This document shows, piece after piece, positions 59,615 to 64,000 of a DNA stretch of 64,000 nucleotides. The first letter of the stretch is position 1. The number at the start of each line of letters is the position of its first letter. The DNA lies in NCBI GenBank assembly GCA_963794325.1, contig CAWCDG010000004.1, positions 768,001-832,000 on the forward strand, in the 5' to 3' direction. Below the pieces are notes generated by a model that saw nothing but the letters and a program-made list of their open reading frames with translations, was not told where the DNA came from and did not search any database. Source of the DNA: an uncultured delta proteobacterium (GTDB lineage Bacteria > Desulfobacterota > Binatia > Binatales > Binataceae). Position numbers and translations under genes: made by a program.

Positions 59615-60862
59615 TCAGATCAGTGCTTCTTTCAGTCGTCGAATAACGGAGTCCTGCAATCGACTTTGGAATCGCGCATTAAAATTGAATAGGGATCTAA
59701 AACCCTCTACTTCATAGCCTTGTTCAGGAATCATGTTATCGCTCGGCAGATAACAAATCGGTTGGTCCAGGCATCCGACCGTCAGCAGCGGTTCTCCGCC
59801 CGATAAGAACTCCTCCAACAACTGCCGATACTTGACCACTGGTTCTGCGTTGATTCCTACAATTCGGAACCCTCCGCAGTCGATAAGATGCCACACCAGC
59901 GATTTTTCACCGCTGCCTCCGACGGCAAATTCGTTTTCAGGTACCTCAACCCGCTTCAGCAGGAGCGAGTCGATTTGTAGAATCCGGCCGGACGATCGCG
60001 CGAACGACGCGACAGATTCCGCCAGGCTATTGGACCATTGCTCCCATTCGCGCCTGAGCGGTTGCCTAAATTGCGGCCCCACAAGAACTCTTCGCGCCAG
60101 GCCGGCTAATCCGCCGGACCTGCCTGAAAATGGCGGGCGCACGTCGCCGGAGAATCCTTGAAGGAACAACACAGGAATGTCGCCTAGTTGCGATCGCAGA
60201 CGCGAGCGAACTATCCCCGGGTATTCCGCCGAGACCTGGAGAAACCCGGGGAAGTCTGTCGGGTGGCACGCGTAGTTCCAGATTACTGCGCTCGGCTCGC
60301 CGCCAGGTGTCGAGAATTCGAGAATGCGCACGCTCTCATCGCGGTCTCCACCAGGATTCGGTCCGAACCCTGACGACCTTGCGAAGCCGGACCTCGTCAG
60401 ACGCGGCCGAACAAGGCGGCGATTCATCGAATGGTCAGCGCTCCCTATTCGATAGGTGCAGACGCATCGCTCACCTTTTTGTTCGATAGACTTGACTAGC
60501 GCCGTAATCTGGGTCGCGACGAAGTTCACGTATTCGTCGTCGGCTATACCCAGGTGAGGTATAGACGGCGCGGTCATCGGCGCGGAATGGGTATGCGATG
60601 CGCATAGAAACAGTTCCTCACTCCTATCCGTGAGGCCGAGGTTCTTTACCAATTGAGCTCGCAGGGTTTCACCCGGATAAAGTAGGTCGGTGCTGACTAT
60701 CGTTACGCTCGATGACTCCCCTCTTATTAGGATCACGTTTGCTTCGAGGCGGCTGGCAACTGAGGTAAACGGTGCGGTGCGCTTGTTAAAGCCGCCTAGC
60801 ATCACGGGCCGAAGGGGCGTGATATCTACCGAGCCGGATGAAATAAGGAATTCCTGCGCCAT
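59615..60862 (-). CDS. neutral/alkaline ceramidase-like N-terminal domain hydrolase
   Basis: VDITP, ASHTHSAP, NRR, NYACHPT, SAEYPG, FLQGFSGD. Confidence 0.75.
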   Translation of the reverse strand: MAQEFLISSGSVDITPLRPVMLGGFNKRTAPFTSVASRLEANVILIRGESSSVTIVSTDLLYPGETLRAQLVKNLGLTDRSEELFLCASHTHSAPMTAPSIPHLGIADDEYVNFVATQITALVKSIEQKGERCVCTYRIGSADHSMNRRLVRPRLTRSGFARSSGFGPNPGGDRDESVRILEFSTPGGEPSAVIWNYACHPTDFPGFLQVSAEYPGIVRSRLRSQLGDIPVLFLQGFSGDVRPPFSGRSGGLAGLARRVLVGPQFRQPLRREWEQWSNSLAESVASFARSSGRILQIDSLLLKRVEVPENEFAVGGSGEKSLVWHLIDCGGFRIVGINAEPVVKYRQLLEEFLSGGEPLLTVGCLDQPICYLPSDNMIPEQGYEVEGFRSLFNFNARFQSRLQDSVIRRLKEALI

Positions 60863-60881
60863 CCTATCTATCTCGAGACGC

Positions 60882-61526
60882 TCACGACGCGACCAGGCCG
60901 TCGGGGAGGCTTCTAAAAGACTCCTTGAACGAGAAGATCCGCCATTGTTCGTCGCGAATCAGGTATGGTGAAAAGCCTGCCGCGGCGCATCCCTTCAGGG
61001 CAGCGATATTGTCTTTCTGAACATAGGTGACCGCGTAGCGAGCGCCGCTCAGCAGACCTTTCTCCGCAATCGCCGCCATTGCGGCCGGCATTATTTTTTG
61101 TCCGCGAAACTGCTCGAAGGTGTACGCAAACTCAAGCAGGACCTCGTCCTTGCGCAGGTCTCTCAACTCTCCGTCGAAGAATGGCCGGAAGCGCTCGAGG
61201 TCGGTCTGCCCAATCAACCATTGCATGTAAGAGATCTCACCGCTCGATGTGATGCCCAGGTAGCAGGTCGGGATGTTGGCCTGAAGGATAAGCAGGCGTC
61301 CAGGGCGCGCACTAAGTATCGCGGGTATATCACTATCGCAAATTGCTCTTACTTCGATCGGTTGCTTTGGCGCAGGAGCATGAAATGGAACGGTCAAATC
61401 GCGTCTCAACAGATAGGACTCGCTATTCGAAAACACCCGCTTCCTGAGTTCTCGCGCGAGCTTCGCGAATTTCCCGCTTCGAACTACCAGTAGGAACCGT
61501 TGAACATGACCGTAGTAGCTTTGCAT
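60882..61526 (-). CDS. GNAT-like protein
   Basis: AYTFEQFRGQKI (motif A-like), NIAALKG..AAGF. Confidence 0.65.
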   Translation of the reverse strand: MQSYYGHVQRFLLVVRSGKFAKLARELRKRVFSNSESYLLRRDLTVPFHAPAPKQPIEVRAICDSDIPAILSARPGRLLILQANIPTCYLGITSSGEISYMQWLIGQTDLERFRPFFDGELRDLRKDEVLLEFAYTFEQFRGQKIMPAAMAAIAEKGLLSGARYAVTYVQKDNIAALKGCAAAGFSPYLIRDEQWRIFSFKESFRSLPDGLVAS

Positions 61527-61545
61527 ATGAGTTACCTATGTCTGA

Positions 61546-62400
61546 TCAGCGCCAGACTGAGTCCATCATCAACAAGCGGCGAACTTGCTGGCGCCGTATG
61601 TACCTTACGAGTTTGGTATCGTTTACACTCGGATGCCGCCTGAGTTGGCTGTCGAAATATCCGGCTGTCATGCATAGTCCCCAGATAGGATGCCTGGCCG
61701 CCAGGCGCGCGGCTCGCGCGAGCAGGAAAATCGGCGAATAGCCGATGTAGTAAGCCGTCTTGCCTTTGCCGTAGTAGCTTTGCCATGCGCCGGCCGCCTC
61801 GCCTTGAGGCCGATGATGATAGGCGCGGATGTGCTTGAAGCTCCGGGTTTTCATCCCGCGCATCAACGCGCGCATCTCGTCGATCGTGTCCCAACCCGGA
61901 CAGCCTTCGAGCGGCTCGATCGCATCGAAGCATTCCGATGAATACATCTTGGTGGCGCCGCGCGTGTGAAAGGAATGAATGTCAGGCACCGCGATCCAGC
62001 GGTCGTTGACTGGCTCGTAGAGCGTCGCGCCTGCGATACCAAGCTTGGGATTGGCAGCGAATTCTTTCAGCATCAGCTCCACGAAATCCGGTTCGAAACT
62101 CAGGTCGGCATCGAGCCGGAAGATATAGTCCACGTCCTGCCACGCATCGCGCGGAAGAAATTGCATGACCACCGATTCGCCGCCCGGCTTGCGCGGGCGA
62201 TCCCGCGCGAGATGAATCGGCTCGATCCAGCTATATTGCCGCGCAGCGGCGTCAAGGATTTCCGCGGTGCCATCGCTCGATCCGTCATCGATAATGATCC
62301 AGCGTTGTGGCAAATGCGTTTGCGCCGCCATGCTGGCAATCAGCCCGGGCAGGAATTGCTGCTCGTCGCGGGCCGGAGTTATTGCAAGATATCTGTCCAT
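61546..62400 (-). CDS. glycosyltransferase family 2
   Basis: ITPARDE, IIDDGSSDGT, LDAD, GWDTIDE. Confidence 0.9.
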   Translation of the reverse strand: MDRYLAITPARDEQQFLPGLIASMAAQTHLPQRWIIIDDGSSDGTAEILDAAARQYSWIEPIHLARDRPRKPGGESVVMQFLPRDAWQDVDYIFRLDADLSFEPDFVELMLKEFAANPKLGIAGATLYEPVNDRWIAVPDIHSFHTRGATKMYSSECFDAIEPLEGCPGWDTIDEMRALMRGMKTRSFKHIRAYHHRPQGEAAGAWQSYYGKGKTAYYIGYSPIFLLARAARLAARHPIWGLCMTAGYFDSQLRRHPSVNDTKLVRYIRRQQVRRLLMMDSVWR

Positions 62401-62447
62401 CTCATTGTCCCAAACCCATCCAACGGGCCGCTACAACCTGGCCCGCA

Positions 62448-63794
62448 TCAATCGGCACGACTCTTTGACCGGTAGCTGTCAGGAAATCTGACTCGCGCGC
62501 GCGTCAGATCGGTATAACGAGCCATCGCGCGGATCCTTCTGGCGAAAAAATTCCTGTTCTCGCTGTTGAGTAGATACTTGAGCCGGCCGTAGGCCTGCGC
62601 GTTGTTCATCGCGAACAGCGCGCGATGGATCCGCCAGTTCACAAGATTGCGCGTCACCGTATGCTGCGCCGAGCTCGACAAGGTTTGCAGTCCGTAAGGC
62701 CTGAAGAAACAAAAATGCAGAGCCTGCGAACACATTATGATGTCCGGCGCATGAGACGGTGCCACTTCGGCGAATGAGTCCGTGCAAATCGAAAACGCCA
62801 CGGTCTTGTCGAGGTCGGGAAGTTTGACCACCACCGGTCGCAGCATCCGCAACACAAGCGCCGGATATTTTTCATGCAGATGGCGCACCATCTCGTGGAA
62901 CGCTTGCTCTATCGGCTGCAGCGGAACGGCCGCGGGAGTGTCGTAGGGAAACTGATCTATCGTCTCGTAAACCTCATCGTACTTCGCCAGGGCCGGCGCC
63001 GATTCGCAGATCGCCGACGAATCATAGGTGTCGCCCGGATAAAGGATCGCAACCCCGAGATTGCGCGGCCGCGCGAATTCCCACACGTCGCGTGGCCGGT
63101 TGGCGAATGCGTTCATGTAGCGATTGTCGGCCAGCGAAAAGCGCATCAGGCTCGCAAATGGAATCGTGACCTTCGCGCCCAGCGCCGCGTGATTGGCGAA
63201 AATTTTCTCGAGCAGGGCCGCCGCTCCGCGCCGCAGATGAGATTCGCGCGGCTGAAGGCCGTTATAGACGGCCAGTGAGAACTGACTCAGCACGGTGTCG
63301 ATTCGCCCGATGTCCGACTTCACCCGCCGACAATCGGTCGCGTTCAGCCGCGAATCGTTGATGTTGAACAAACTAGTTTCCGGCTCGATCACGCCAAGGC
63401 AGGAATCCAGCGTCCCCGCGCTGTAGCAGTACACGGCAGTTCGATCGTTGAGAGGAATCCGCTTGCGATGCGCCAGCACCTGGAAGTTTTTGTAGCCGCA
63501 CTTTTCCAATACTCCGAAAACCCGGTCCGCGTGATTGTCCTGGAACAGAACCGTGACCCGCGCTTTGAATTCGGGCGGCAGCGAATCCAGACTCGGGATA
63601 TGAAAGTGATCCGGGTGAATGTGCGAGATCCATAGATAGTCGATTCCGTCGAGCATCGCCGGGTCAAACGCGGCGGAGGGAAACAACGACCACGATTCGT
63701 TGAAGACCTTTCCGGTGAGCCACGGATCAGTCCAGATTCGAAGTCCGTGCGACTCGATTACGACCGAAGCGTGTGAAACTAGGGTGACTTTCAT
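62448..63794 (-). CDS. MBL-fold metallo-protein (CMP-sialic acid hydroxylase/UlaG-like, no Rieske domain)
   Basis: HASV, DPWL, ISHIHPDH, IPFAS. Confidence 0.8.
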   Translation of the reverse strand: MKVTLVSHASVVIESHGLRIWTDPWLTGKVFNESWSLFPSAAFDPAMLDGIDYLWISHIHPDHFHIPSLDSLPPEFKARVTVLFQDNHADRVFGVLEKCGYKNFQVLAHRKRIPLNDRTAVYCYSAGTLDSCLGVIEPETSLFNINDSRLNATDCRRVKSDIGRIDTVLSQFSLAVYNGLQPRESHLRRGAAALLEKIFANHAALGAKVTIPFASLMRFSLADNRYMNAFANRPRDVWEFARPRNLGVAILYPGDTYDSSAICESAPALAKYDEVYETIDQFPYDTPAAVPLQPIEQAFHEMVRHLHEKYPALVLRMLRPVVVKLPDLDKTVAFSICTDSFAEVAPSHAPDIIMCSQALHFCFFRPYGLQTLSSSAQHTVTRNLVNWRIHRALFAMNNAQAYGRLKYLLNSENRNFFARRIRAMARYTDLTRARVRFPDSYRSKSRAD

Positions 63795-64000
63795 CAGTTA
63801 ACCATTGCGCGCGTTTTGCGAATGACGGACCACAAGCTCCTTCCCTTCCCTGAACAGATTCGTCTTCAGATCGGCTCAATGGGCACGGTAGCAGATATGA
63901 AAAGCTAATTCAATCTATTAAAGTTAAATAAAATAGATGAAAAGACAATCAATTGCTGTAAATGGATGATACTATATCTCCTGACCTATATTGGATTGCT

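Larger units (their letters stand above)
36786..64000. mobile_element. putative genomic island/accessory region abutting the 5' end of selC (right boundary not seen)
   Basis: IHF-like TATTAAGGGGTTA and TGCCAC/TGCCCAC repeats next to the tRNA; no host REP families seen; visibly less GC3-biased genes; several pseudogenes; no integrase in window. Confidence 0.45.

Noticed and set aside
36786-64000. Prophage, integrase, transposase or defence system in the island
   Set aside because: No recombinase, phage structural or recognisable defence genes; the STAND protein looks regulatory and has no nuclease, TIR or SIR2 effector

Overview
GC-rich bacterial chromosome segment. Gene content and style (DUF1329 protein, many STAND and sigma54 regulators, lipid/redox enzymes) suggest a Binatia/Deltaproteobacteria-like soil organism; this is inference only. 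The window has two parts. (1) About 1-36.7 kb is housekeeping and metabolic: aldo/keto reductases, IclR, etfBA, epoxide hydrolase, amidase, mdtABC with TetR, CinA, MFS, M20 peptidase, AsmA, vapBC, mug, an ABC-F with a tiny MRK leader, and a molybdopterin oxidoreductase with HxlR. Its intergenic spaces hold at least four families of REP/MITE-like palindromes. One family, a 55-60 bp double hairpin, has five copies, all just 3' of a stop codon and all in the same orientation relative to the upstream gene. (2) A tRNA-Sec gene (36690-36785, minus) has an acceptor-stem mismatch and att-like sequence on its 5' side. It marks the start of an accessory region in which I saw none of these repeats. This region has a PAS-PAS sigma54 activator and two divergent sigma54 promoters sharing one palindromic UAS. 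It also has an intact ycaC-amidohydrolase-XapX-XapX-porin-exported VOC-MFS operon of unknown function, which converges on a decaying fumC-malic enzyme-pyruvate oxidase-cydAB operon. Further right lie a domain-permuted STAND ATPase, small secreted proteins, rlpA and an MBL/GT2/GNAT/ceramidase-like operon. No integrase, CRISPR array, rRNA or selenoprotein was found. Family calls rest on motif recognition, not database searches.
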